Shown: positions 22,119 to 31,971 of the stretch, piece after piece
Layout: each line of letters starts with the position of its first letter
Position numbering within the stretch: the first letter of the stretch is position 1
NCBI GenBank assembly: GCA_963727895.1
Contig: CAVSHT010000005.1
Span: 160,001 to 224,000 of the forward strand
Direction of reading: 5' to 3'
Origin: an uncultured Methanosarcinaceae archaeon
Lineage (GTDB): Archaea; Halobacteriota; Methanosarcinia; Methanosarcinales; Methanosarcinaceae
Length of the DNA stretch: 64,000 nt
Made by a program: the position numbers and the translations under genes
The notes under the pieces: generated by a model
Told to the model about the DNA's origin: nothing
Seen by the model: the letters and a program-made list of their open reading frames with translations, nothing else
Database searches by the model: none

Positions 22119-22239
22119 AAGATTTTGCACCACAACTCAAAAAAGAGCTTATTCGAGAGCAAGAGCCATTAAAACGAGAATTGAAACATCACCAGATACA
22201 TATACTATTAACATGCATAGTATATTTGAGGGTATTAGT

Positions 22240-22581
22240 ATGGTTAATGAAATTATAGACTTCGAACCATTTACTCTTAATGATCGTGATGCTGTTCTTA
22301 ATATGATTAAAACAACTCACATTTCAGAAAATTATAAAAGTGGTCTAGTTAATACAGCGAATTGGATGTTTGATGATATCGTTTACTTAGAAATAAATAC
22401 GATTGATTCTGCAAAAAAAGCATTGTGTGAAGCAGAACAGCGACTTATGGATGCTAGAGTCGGCGCATCAGAAGAGGATTTGAAGAAAGCCGAATTTTTA
22501 GAACAGACAATGCTTAATAGATTAAAACATCGCCTTGTAAGAACAATCGAGGGCGCTTGTCCAGATTGCATTGATTGGTGA
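22240..22581 (+). CDS. Hypothetical protein (113 aa) ending in CPDC
   Basis: GAGGGT RBS before ATG 22240. The upstream part of the track ORF lies inside a MITE. Confidence 0.6.
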   Translation: MVNEIIDFEPFTLNDRDAVLNMIKTTHISENYKSGLVNTANWMFDDIVYLEINTIDSAKKALCEAEQRLMDARVGASEEDLKKAEFLEQTMLNRLKHRLVRTIEGACPDCIDW

Positions 22582-22595
22582 CCTTAACTCGGCCC

Positions 22596-22878
22596 AATGG
22601 GAGCATAACTGTCATCAAGTGCAAAGTAACTTATAATTAACTAGCAAAAAGCTCAATTGAATCCGCTTTTCCTTATCAAGTTAAAAATCCATATGGATTA
22701 ATGCGGCTATAAATCAGTGTTATAAAGGCCTGAAGTCACCTTGCGTTAGTAGCATATTGTCATAATAAGAAATTTTTTGATACATGTAAAATTGACACTA
22801 CTAGCTTCTGATCCTTATTTTCGAGTATGTTTATTATGTGTAAACTACTTTGCACTTGGTAGCAGCTATGCTCCCATT
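22596..22878. mobile_element. MITE family D with about 33-bp imperfect terminal IRs
   Basis: AATGGGAGCATAACTGTCATCAAGTGCAAAGTA…TACTTTGCACTTGGTAGCAGCTATGCTCCCATT. Confidence 0.8.
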
Positions 22879-22922
22879 AGGCCTATTAGGCATTGGCTAA
22901 AATACCCAAATTGCACAATGAT

Positions 22923-23360
22923 CTAAACGCCGCTTTCACTTTTGAGGTAACGTTCTGCGTATACCCGTGCGTCAATCGCTTCCAGCACTGCCACTTCGGC
23001 ATCGTCAATTGCCATCATGGCAAAATCGATGGCAGCCTTGGCATACGCCTCCGCATCATCCGCCCGTCGTGTTGCTTGCTTGACTTCTTTAGCTTCTTTT
23101 TCGGTTTTAATTTTGTTCTTGATGTGCTGAACACTCTGATGATAATCTTTCTGGAGTTCTTGCCAATGCATATACGTTGCTTCATGTCGCTTTTTGACGT
23201 CAGCTTTGAACGATTCCTGCCTTGCTTCAGCATCTGCTTTTGATTTCTGGATCGAGGCTTCTATCTTTTCCTTGGATGCTTGTTCGGCGGCTGCGACTTT
23301 CTTTTCTGCATCCACCACATGGTCCGCGAGCTCTTGCAAATCATCGGATAGCTTTTTCAT
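22923..23360 (-). CDS. Hypothetical helical coiled-coil protein, GC-richer than its context
   Basis: 145-aa Ala/Glu/Lys-rich ORF with AGAGGA RBS. Confidence 0.7.
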   Translation of the reverse strand: MKKLSDDLQELADHVVDAEKKVAAAEQASKEKIEASIQKSKADAEARQESFKADVKKRHEATYMHWQELQKDYHQSVQHIKNKIKTEKEAKEVKQATRRADDAEAYAKAAIDFAMMAIDDAEVAVLEAIDARVYAERYLKSESGV

Positions 23361-23574
23361 GATTCATTCCTCTATTCTTTGTTCTTTGCATGCGACTTAT
23401 TTTCGATAATAGACTATCTCCGTGTATTAATTTAGTATAGTTTTATAAAAACAATCATATAATAAGGCTGGAGAAACATAGTTAAGAACAGGAATTCGGT
23501 TGTTTGAGTTATGAATATATGAAAAAAATTGAAACGAGTTTCAAGGCGAAATTATTTCAGGATCAAGTATTTTT

Positions 23575-23685
23575 GGCAGTGTAGCGAAAGTTCTGTAAAT
23601 TTGCCTTCTAGTTTATCCAGAGGTTTTACCATGAAGCTTATGGATAAACTACGAAGCAAATTTACAGAAAACTTAGCATACTACT
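23575..23685. mobile_element. MITE family C copy
   Basis: GGCAGTGTAGCGAAAGTTCTGTAAATTTGC…GCAAATTTACAGAAAACTTAGCATACTACT. Confidence 0.7.
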
Positions 23686-24409
23686 CGATCATTAAATGGA
23701 CTTTTTTAATTTTTCCTTACATCGTATGTTTTTTCAAAGCCGTTACATAGTCTTTGGAATGGATATTAACGAAAACACATTTGTCATTTTAGAAGGCTTG
23801 CCTAAGTTTTATTTTTCCACACGAAACAAAGGTAAAAGTGAAGTCAGTATATAAATAGAGTATTACAAATTATTAATTATTTCTTACTAATAGTGTTAAT
23901 GAGATAAAATGTAATTCCAATTGAAGTTTTCAAGATTTTAATCCATTTTTGAACTGGTATATTTCCATTGCATCCACTGTATCCTGTGCAAAAAAGTTAA
24001 TTTGTCTGTGGATACCAATATTCACTAGATATATTACCTGGACTTAACTCGACTATTTCAGACTAGACAGTTATTCCAATTGCAGTTATCGTAAAAGTCA
24101 ATATTTCTGAAAACCAATTTAGAAGTAGATGGTAGGGTTTTAAGTCCCTATTCTCAAATCCCTACCTACGATCCAACCCAAAATTAAGAGGAAACCCTAT
24201 TTCTCTTAATCTACTTATTTATATTATCACGGTTATATATATCATAATTGATATCAAAAATTGTGTCTAAACAAAATATAATTCAACACATTATATTTTA
24301 ACGCTATTATAAATTTCAATATAATAAAATAATTTTATAATATTGAAATTTTAAATTGAAACCAGTTTTTGATATAATTTATTTAATATAATTTATGCTA
24401 TTACTATGT

Positions 24410-24575
24410 GATGGAGTTGGAAAATAGAACGGGGTGTTAGGGGACACCAATAAAATAAAAGAATCGCCTGGAGGTCGCTGATTCCTCTTCGAATTAATAT
24501 GTTTGGGGGAGCATAATATTTCGAAGAAACTGTATCGGGGGCTACAGTAGACACAGTACCTCCGGGATCTTTCTT
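24410..24575 (+). ncRNA. Candidate structured RNA or 5' leader with four G-loop hairpins
   Basis: Hairpins at 24433-24448, 24461-24484, 24487-24526 and 24529-24548 with GGGG or GGAGG loops. AT-rich TATA-like tract at about 24380-24391. Confidence 0.5.
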
Positions 24576-24634
24576 ACACTACACATTCTGAGAAATTATC
24601 CAATTTAAATTTCAAAATTTAGAAGGTATTATTC

Positions 24635-24775
24635 ATGAAACATCTAAAAATATGTCCAAAATGTCATTCTAACCTTAAATTACATTTAGACGGTGAGACT
24701 CAGTATTGTAATATTTGTAAGTACTGGACAAAAGCAGGTACTGCAAGACTTGATTCAATAATGATTTATGGATGA
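24635..24775 (+). CDS. Small zinc-finger protein, 46 aa (not in ORF track)
   Basis: GAAGGT RBS; MKHLKICPKCHSNLKLHLDGETQYCNICKYWTKAGTARLDSIMIYG (CPxC…CxxC). Confidence 0.7.
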   Translation: MKHLKICPKCHSNLKLHLDGETQYCNICKYWTKAGTARLDSIMIYG

Positions 24776-25117
24776 AGAGCCTAAATGAAAAATACAAAAA
24801 ATTTTTAAAATTCTGCTCTATTTTCCTGCATTTTTGCTTTCTGTCAGCTTCTAACTTTAAAAAAAGGAGACTTTTTAATATCTTCTGGGATTGCCAAAAT
24901 ATACTATTAATTCCGCTAGCAATTGACTACAATAAATCAAAAACCAGAAAATAATAAAAAGTCTCCAATTTGAAGAGGATACCTAACTGTAAAGTTTTTC
25001 ACTGGTTTTGTAAAATAACAATATTTTTTGCAACAGAACCAACTATATAATATACATATTAAACGCAGTGTCTAATGCGCCCAAGTTTGTAAATCAAGTT
25101 CATAAGTCCTATTTAGT

Positions 25118-25996
25118 TTACTTTTTTACCGGAACAAAACCGACTTCACTTACTATTTTCTGTCCCTTTGCACTCAGCACAAAGTCAATGAACTCTGTTG
25201 TAAGATTTGAAGAAGATTTCCCATTATTATAGAAGTTAAGAGCTCTTGAAAGCGGATATGTGTCATTGAGGATGCTTTTGGCAGTTGGATACACGTAACC
25301 TTTTCCATTGTTCAGGCTTAATGCCTTTGTTTTTTTGTTGAGATATGCAAAGCCAATGTACCCGATTGCATTGGAGTTTTTAGAGACCACAGTAACTATT
25401 TCTTCATTAGTAGACTCGGTGATGACATCAGATCGATATTTATCCCCTTGCATAACGTCTTTCTGGAAGTCTGCATAAGTTCCTGAATTTTTGTCTCTAG
25501 CGATAACGGAAATAGTTTTGTTTATACCACCAACTTGCTTCCAGTTACTGATGCTCCCATTGTAAATACCGCGCAACTGATTAAAGGTAAGCTTAGAAAC
25601 TTTATTTGCAGGGTTTACTATTAGTGTAATGCCGTCATAAGAAATGACATGCTTCACTGTATTAATTCCTTTTGCTTTAGCAGATTTAATCTCTTGGGCT
25701 GTCATTTCTCTGGATGCGCTAGCGATATTTACTGTGCTATTTATGAATGCATTGATTCCAACAGTAGATCCACCACCAGTAACTGATATAATTTTTCCAG
25801 AATTTTCCTTCATGAATTCTTTAGCTTCAGCCTGTGCAAGAGGCAGGATTGTATCAGAGCCTTTCACAGAAATGTTCTCTGTCACATGAGTGGTAGACTC
25901 CAATACAGGAGTTGCTGCACTACATCCAATTTCCAGAAACACAAATCCTATTACCAGTAATATAAGGAGTGTGTGACCTTTTAATTTATTTATCAT
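25118..25996 (-). CDS. pstS: Phosphate ABC transporter substrate-binding protein (orphan)
   Basis: KGSDT, GGGSTVG, ASASR, RDKNSGT, IGYIG and YPLSRAL motifs; probable start MINKLKG. Confidence 0.9.
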   Translation of the reverse strand: MINKLKGHTLLILLVIGFVFLEIGCSAATPVLESTTHVTENISVKGSDTILPLAQAEAKEFMKENSGKIISVTGGGSTVGINAFINSTVNIASASREMTAQEIKSAKAKGINTVKHVISYDGITLIVNPANKVSKLTFNQLRGIYNGSISNWKQVGGINKTISVIARDKNSGTYADFQKDVMQGDKYRSDVITESTNEEIVTVVSKNSNAIGYIGFAYLNKKTKALSLNNGKGYVYPTAKSILNDTYPLSRALNFYNNGKSSSNLTTEFIDFVLSAKGQKIVSEVGFVPVKK

Positions 25997-26226
25997 TTTA
26001 CCTATTCTCCATTTACCTACTAAAAATTTGTTTAATATATATACATTAAATTGTTTAAATATACAGTATAACATTTACAAAACGGATATATAATTATTCT
26101 CGTTTTAGACAATAGAGTTGTACATATATATATAGAGTATTTAGGAAATATAAAACATATTAATTGTATTATAAAAATACATATAAAAAGGGAGTTATAT
26201 TATGAAAATTAAAAAAGGATATATCA

Positions 26227-26344
26227 TAGGACTTACGCAGTTGGACTGAGAAATAAATAGCATTAAACCCTTAACTGTCTAAAATGCCGAATTCGTCACA
26301 ACGTCGATTGTTCTTGATTTTGTACCTCAAGTGCGTAAGTCCTA
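26227..26344. mobile_element. MITE family E (118 bp)
   Basis: Perfect IR TAGGACTTACGCA…TGCGTAAGTCCTA. Confidence 0.85.
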
Positions 26345-26365
26345 CCAAGTTACAAAACAGATTAC

Positions 26366-26495
26366 GAGCTGATCCCAAAACTCAAAATTGCTTCTCTGAA
26401 TCCTGTATTCCAAATAATCAATCAAGTTTCTGATCATGAAAACAATCCTGAAAATTCTTGATGATTAAGAATTAAATGGCTTTTGGGATAGGCTC
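26366..26495. mobile_element. IS5-type MITE family F (130 bp)
   Basis: GAGCTGATCCCAAAA…TTTTGGGATAGGCTC. Inverted copy at 44367-44496; related copy at 33257-33367. Confidence 0.8.
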
Positions 26496-26636
26496 TACTA
26501 TAAAATCAAAAATCAACGTAACTAAATCCATTGGCTTATTCATCTGTAAGAATATCCATGTCCTCTATACATATTGTTATCACCTTAGAAACGCTCACTG
26601 TTTTTTTGCTTTATGTTTCTCTAGATGAAAGATGAG

Positions 26637-26906
26637 TTGATCTTGTAGCTGCAGGATCTAACCTGCAGCCTTTGTTTGTCTGTATGAAGGTTCCACATCG
26701 ATTTGATTTAGAGGTAATTTTTTGAAGCTATGACTGAAATAAGAGCTATTATGACTATATCAGGATTTTGAGTAGTTTTGGAATCGAATAATTAGAACCT
26801 TCTAAATTATAAATAAAATTTGGGTATTATATATCTTTTCGATATATTCTATAGAGTTAACTTGTTTGTATGCAATGAATATACACTATAAAGTCCTCAA
26901 TAAAAT
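26637..26906 (+). repeat. Dispersed degenerate repeat, about 270 bp
   Basis: Colinear with 40229-40495 (TTGATCTTGT-GCTGCA…AAAGTCCTCAATAAAA). Confidence 0.75.
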
Positions 26907-26959
26907 TAGGATTTACGCGAATGATTAGAGTATCAAATGAAGTTATATTGCACGTATTT

Positions 26960-27125
26960 TAACTTCTGTAGAGGTCATGGAGGATTAAGATACAAAGATG
27001 AAAGAGGGATTGAATGCAAAAATACACCTGCAAGAGAAGCAGGAATTGTACAGTCAAAATGGACTTTAAAGGAACTGTTGACATTCAAGTGTTTTAAAAC
27101 ATCAATCAAATAAAAATGGACCATC
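26960..27125 (+). mobile_element. IS1-family transposase C-terminal remnant
   Basis: Reads HGGLRYKDERGIECKNTPAREAGIVQSKWTLKELLTFK. An isolated IS5-type end follows at about 27212-27229. Confidence 0.55.
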
Positions 27126-27375
27126 ATCACTTCTACGATATGCAATATGCAAAACTGAAACGGATACTCTGATATTATAGACCTATTGTGACATTTCAAT
27201 ATGCTTTACCGACTTTTCGGATAGGCTCTAAGTTAAAAGGACAGAATAAGTGGATTATATTGGTTTAGAATGCTATTGTGAGTAAAAACAGATTAGCTTT
27301 TTATCTCCATTCAATAATTGATTTTAATTCAATTATAATAAAAATATTTCTTGACTTTGAACTCTTTGACAATAT

Positions 27376-29988
27376 TCAGGTAAATAGTTTATACATTCCT
27401 TCGTAGAAGATGTTGTTCTCTTGATACAAATTTTTTATTGCATGTTCAATTTTCTGTCTAAACTCATCACTTTGGACCTTTGCCCAGACTTCCGGGAAGG
27501 TATCGAGTAATGTCTGGAGTTCTTCTTCCCTGTAGGCCTTGTAGGCTTCTACTCCCTTAAGACCTTCAGAAACTTTCTTTTTTCCGAAATCTTTTCTTTC
27601 TTCTGAAAGGCTCCAGTCTCCAGTTTGCAGATATGACCCCATTAAGTCTATTGCAACCATAGCGTCGTGCAAGTCTCCAAGGTGATCCTGCAAAGCTGTG
27701 ACTTCTTTGATCATTATATCTGCTTCCTTTCCCAACACGTCTCCAAAGAACTCAAGTGTATAACGTAGTCCTTTGGATGCAATTCTCAACCTATGAAGTC
27801 TCTCTATAGAGACATGTGGTCCTTCTACCCATTCGGAATAGGCACTGATGTCTGCGAAACGGGCATAGAGGATGGAAGGAAGTACATCCCTTACTCTATA
27901 TGGTAGTGCATCATGTTTTGTATTTGTTGTGGGCAGAGCCCAAGATTCAGAAACAGCGAGAACATCTGAGAAGTCATTTTTGAAATTGGCGTATCTTTCA
28001 CTTTTCAGATAAGTGGTCATGTTTTTCCTGGCTTTTTTTCTCGCTTCAGTGAGAATCATAAAGAGGGGATCAAGATCATGTTCATTTTCAGGAGGCAATT
28101 TTTTAAGATATTCTTCAGCTTTCTCCTTAAAAACATCTAGATCCCTGACATCACTGAATGCCGAAAGAGTACTTTTTAGTCCTTCCAGGTAAGGTTTAAG
28201 CTTTTTAGAATCTAAGTATGCTTCAAAGACCTTTGCAGCAGCTCTCATCCTGCGAATTGCAACCCTCATATCATGCAGATCTTCTATACTTTTTCCCTTT
28301 CGAGTTCCTTTCTCGTGAGCAAGCATTCTAGCAAATTGTCGGGAAAAAACCCTGTTAGCTACCATAGCCATTGAATCTTCAGGTCTAACTACAAATGTCA
28401 GGTCTTCATTCTCTTTTTTGTTTTCTTTCTTTTTTTCATTTTCTCCATTAATTTCCTCTATTCTCTTTTCAATTATTTCGGCTTCATCTATCTTTTTCTT
28501 AGATATAAAGGAGAGTTTGGTACCAAAAAGATACTCCCAGAGCTCGTCTTTCTTTTCTGCTCTTTTTACTGCTTTTTCTGTATCCTGCCCAAAAATCTCT
28601 ACTTCAACTGCTCCCTCTACCTGTCTAATTCTGTCTGGTAGAAGTCTCCAGTTGCCGTTTTCAAGGATTCCCGCGATTCGGAGAAAAGAAGCGAGAATAA
28701 GAGCTTTGTTTTTGATTTCTGGAGGTAACATGATATTTGATTCTTCAAAAAATGAAGAAAGGTTCTTTATTTCGATTTTGGGAGACTGAAGCTCCATTAT
28801 AAGAGCAAGCATCCTAAGTTCGTAGAGCTCTAATTCTTTTAGGGGATGGGTCAGGAGAATTTCCTTACCAATCTTGGATTTTTCTTCCGGGAAAACCGAG
28901 CTTCCGATCTCTTGGAGGAAAGCTGCAAGGCCTAGTATTTTTCTCTCTTTCTGCCCTAACCTATGGTAGGTAAAAAGTCCATCAAAAAGTATGAATGCAT
29001 TATTCCTGGTCTTTTCTGCCTTCTCTTCATCTGCTACATAGAGATCAAACAGGGTCTCAAGAGTCCACTCTTTGAAACCTATATTTTCCTGGCTTTTGCC
29101 CAGGGTGTAGCGCCCGGCATGGAAATGAAATTCTTTTGGCCCATTATTTTTAGATCTAAATGGGAAAATGGAAAGTCTTTCTTTTTCAAATCGGGAGTAC
29201 AAAGTTTCGATTTCTTGTTCAGGAACTTTTAGAAGAAGGCTCACTTCTGCTGTATTTAAGCCATTTTCAAGTGAAAGGAGAATTTTGGCCTGCTTTCCAT
29301 ATATATCTTCCTGGTCTGCAAGCTGCAGACAAAAAGCTCTTTCCCTGAAGCTCAAAAGGATTTTTTCCTGCATATTCTCTTTGAAGAGAAGAGCTCTCTC
29401 AAATTTAGAAAAGGGATCTTTTACAAGCTGGTAATTTCCTAGCAGGTATTCCGAAATAGCCTGCAAATCTTGACTGGTTCCATCAGTCTTTAATTCAATT
29501 TCAACTTCGTTATAGAGCTTTTCTTTATTTCCACTTTTAAGGCTCACATGATCCAGAGAAAATTCAGCTATATGTTTCTCCCCAAGTTTCACTTGGCGTA
29601 AAGCTCTTTTTTGTTCGAGTTTTAGGAATGGGAGCAGAGTAAAGCCCAGGCTAAGTTCTAAAATCATATTTTTTATTTTGGCATCGGAACATTCAAATAC
29701 AGAAGCTCCTTCTGGTAGGAAACTGATATATTCTTCTCTCGTGTGTACCCCATCTTCGAATCCCCCTAGGCTTTTGATAGTCAAGAATTGTCCTTCTTTT
29801 CCCATCTCTTTCCGCAGCCGTAGAAAATAACCTTCAGCCATTAAAGCAAGTTTTTCTGTGTCTAAAAAAGTGTCTTCAATAAGCTGTACTGAAGATTCAG
29901 AAAGGGAATAACTTTCCAGTTGAGATGATGCTTCAAGGGTTTGAAAATCCGCTTCATTTATCATGAAAAACTTTGATTCAATTTCCAT
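27376..29988 (-). CDS. CYTH + HTH-like + degenerate Ppx-type HD + CHAD multidomain protein
   Basis: N-terminal EIESK (ExExK). CHAD motifs LHDMRVAIRRMRA, LHRLRIASKGLRY and LQDHLGDLHD. Central LAAFLQEIG. Confidence 0.85.
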   Translation of the reverse strand: MEIESKFFMINEADFQTLEASSQLESYSLSESSVQLIEDTFLDTEKLALMAEGYFLRLRKEMGKEGQFLTIKSLGGFEDGVHTREEYISFLPEGASVFECSDAKIKNMILELSLGFTLLPFLKLEQKRALRQVKLGEKHIAEFSLDHVSLKSGNKEKLYNEVEIELKTDGTSQDLQAISEYLLGNYQLVKDPFSKFERALLFKENMQEKILLSFRERAFCLQLADQEDIYGKQAKILLSLENGLNTAEVSLLLKVPEQEIETLYSRFEKERLSIFPFRSKNNGPKEFHFHAGRYTLGKSQENIGFKEWTLETLFDLYVADEEKAEKTRNNAFILFDGLFTYHRLGQKERKILGLAAFLQEIGSSVFPEEKSKIGKEILLTHPLKELELYELRMLALIMELQSPKIEIKNLSSFFEESNIMLPPEIKNKALILASFLRIAGILENGNWRLLPDRIRQVEGAVEVEIFGQDTEKAVKRAEKKDELWEYLFGTKLSFISKKKIDEAEIIEKRIEEINGENEKKKENKKENEDLTFVVRPEDSMAMVANRVFSRQFARMLAHEKGTRKGKSIEDLHDMRVAIRRMRAAAKVFEAYLDSKKLKPYLEGLKSTLSAFSDVRDLDVFKEKAEEYLKKLPPENEHDLDPLFMILTEARKKARKNMTTYLKSERYANFKNDFSDVLAVSESWALPTTNTKHDALPYRVRDVLPSILYARFADISAYSEWVEGPHVSIERLHRLRIASKGLRYTLEFFGDVLGKEADIMIKEVTALQDHLGDLHDAMVAIDLMGSYLQTGDWSLSEERKDFGKKKVSEGLKGVEAYKAYREEELQTLLDTFPEVWAKVQSDEFRQKIEHAIKNLYQENNIFYEGMYKLFT

Positions 29989-30235
29989 GTCTTTCCCACC
30001 TATATAATAATATGATTTCAGTATCTAAAGACAAAGTTAAGGTTTGTTTCTATCATAAGTGATAATTTAACAACTAGTATATACACGAATTAAAATAAGT
30101 AAATATGAAACGTTATTACTCAATCTTGGAAAACAAAATATTCCAGATAAAAAGTGATACTTAAAACTCGCCTACAAACCAAGCAAAAGATAAGTGTATT
30201 TTAGAAATCAAATACATAAATGCATATCTGATCTA

Positions 30236-30364
30236 TTATGAGTCAATAATACCTAACATCATTTTTGCTAAAGTTTTAATGTGTGTATCATCTATATCTT
30301 CAGATTCATTTAAATTATCAAATAATGTAAGTAAATGTGAAGCTACTTCCTCAATATCTATCAT
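30236..30364 (-). CDS. Small acidic protein, 42 aa (not in ORF track)
   Basis: GTGGGGA RBS; MIDIEEVASHLLTLFDNLNESEDIDDTHIKTLAKMMLGIIDS. Confidence 0.45.
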   Translation of the reverse strand: MIDIEEVASHLLTLFDNLNESEDIDDTHIKTLAKMMLGIIDS

Positions 30365-30602
30365 TTCATCCCCACTTATTTAAGTCTTCAACCTTTTCAA
30401 TTTTGATATAAACTTCTATATTTTCGTAAGGTGAAAATCTATATAGATATTATAGAAATATTATTATAAAACGATTTGCGGGTTTAAATATGTTAAAATG
30501 CAAATATATTTAATGTTTATGAGATACATAAAATACATTTAATGTTTTTAACTTTTCATGGATATTATAATAAATTAAAGATGTATGATAGGACTTTGAG
30601 AA

Positions 30603-31274
30603 TTACCTGAATCTCCACCAGGGCTTTTTTGCTCCAGATGCAACAATCTGTTTTTGGTTAATCAAAGTCTGTACTTGCATCATGTAATTATTGTGCATCT
30701 CTTCAAAGTATATTTCCCTTTTCTCTGCTTTCTCAAGTTCTCTTTGTAAATCTTTAATTTTCTGTTGTGCTTCATCTATCCTTATTTCAAGTTCTCTTTG
30801 TAATTTCTGGTTATTCGTTTGTTCGTCTGCAAATCTATTTTCTGTTTCTTTCATCTTAGTTTCTAGTTCTTGTTTCTGTCTCTGATTATTCTCATTTTGT
30901 TTTTCCAAGTCATGTATCTCAATTTGTAGTTCCTGAGCATGTTTTTGCTCGTCTACAAATCTATTTTCTGTTTCTTTTAGTTTAATTTGTAATTCCTGAT
31001 CATGCTTTTGTTCATTCTCGATTTGTTTTACCAGGTCCTGGATCTTAATTTGTAGTTCTTGAGTATGTTTGTGTTCATTCTCAAGTTCATCTCTCAATTC
31101 TTGTATCCTTATTGCTTGTTCTTTTCCATACAGATTAAGTTCTGGATCTGATACAAGTTTTTCCAAGGCATTAATAACTGCTTTATTAGTACTATCAAAA
31201 CCTAAAGATTCCACTTTTTGCCATAGGTCAAAAGGTACCTTCGCTTTGATTTTATGCTCTTCCTCCGAATACAT
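30603..31274 (-). CDS. Coiled-coil protein with RHH-like N-terminus and KKPWWRF tail
   Basis: Internal repeats (QELQIK…, KETENRFxDEQ); amphipathic C-terminus. Confidence 0.75.
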   Translation of the reverse strand: MYSEEEHKIKAKVPFDLWQKVESLGFDSTNKAVINALEKLVSDPELNLYGKEQAIRIQELRDELENEHKHTQELQIKIQDLVKQIENEQKHDQELQIKLKETENRFVDEQKHAQELQIEIHDLEKQNENNQRQKQELETKMKETENRFADEQTNNQKLQRELEIRIDEAQQKIKDLQRELEKAEKREIYFEEMHNNYMMQVQTLINQKQIVASGAKKPWWRFR

Positions 31275-31971
31275 ATAAAATAAAAGAATCTAGTAAGTAA
31301 TATAATATCTCATTTTGATGGCTTTATAGAAATCCTCAATATTCAGGCGAAAAGCAAAGTCAACAAAATTCAAAAAGTACTATTACTTATTTAGGGTCCT
31401 TCCAAATTAGTGTTAAAACGAAGAACATATAATGCTTGTTTTGGACAATAAATATGCATTTAGAATCCCCCAAGATAAAATACACTCTAAAAACCAATTT
31501 TTTAGAAAAAATAATTCATAATAATCTTTAAAAGGAACAAATAATTAATATAAAACCGTTATTTGTTCACAATTTATGTTTATTTATAAATAAGGTATCT
31601 GATGTCATTTTTGTCCTTACAAAATTCAATGTTAAAAGTAAGGAAAAAACAACGTTTAATGTACCAATCAAAGTATTTAAGTCCTTAAAATAACAAATAA
31701 ATCTTTTAATGAATGTACTTTAATTGGGGAAGGATTGATACGACGTTTAACTGGGAAAATAAGGTTTAATATTTCTTAAAAAACTAATCATTTTTCAAGG
31801 GGTATAATTACTTATTGGATAGTTTTACCGTTTTCAACCTACTGACAGTGAATTTGAGATATTTTCTACAAAGTCTCTAAAGCGTGTATTATATAATTGA
31901 AGGTCTAAAACATAATGATTTTTCAATTCAACCGCATAAGTCATAATATTTTGATAAGCTCTTAATCATAC

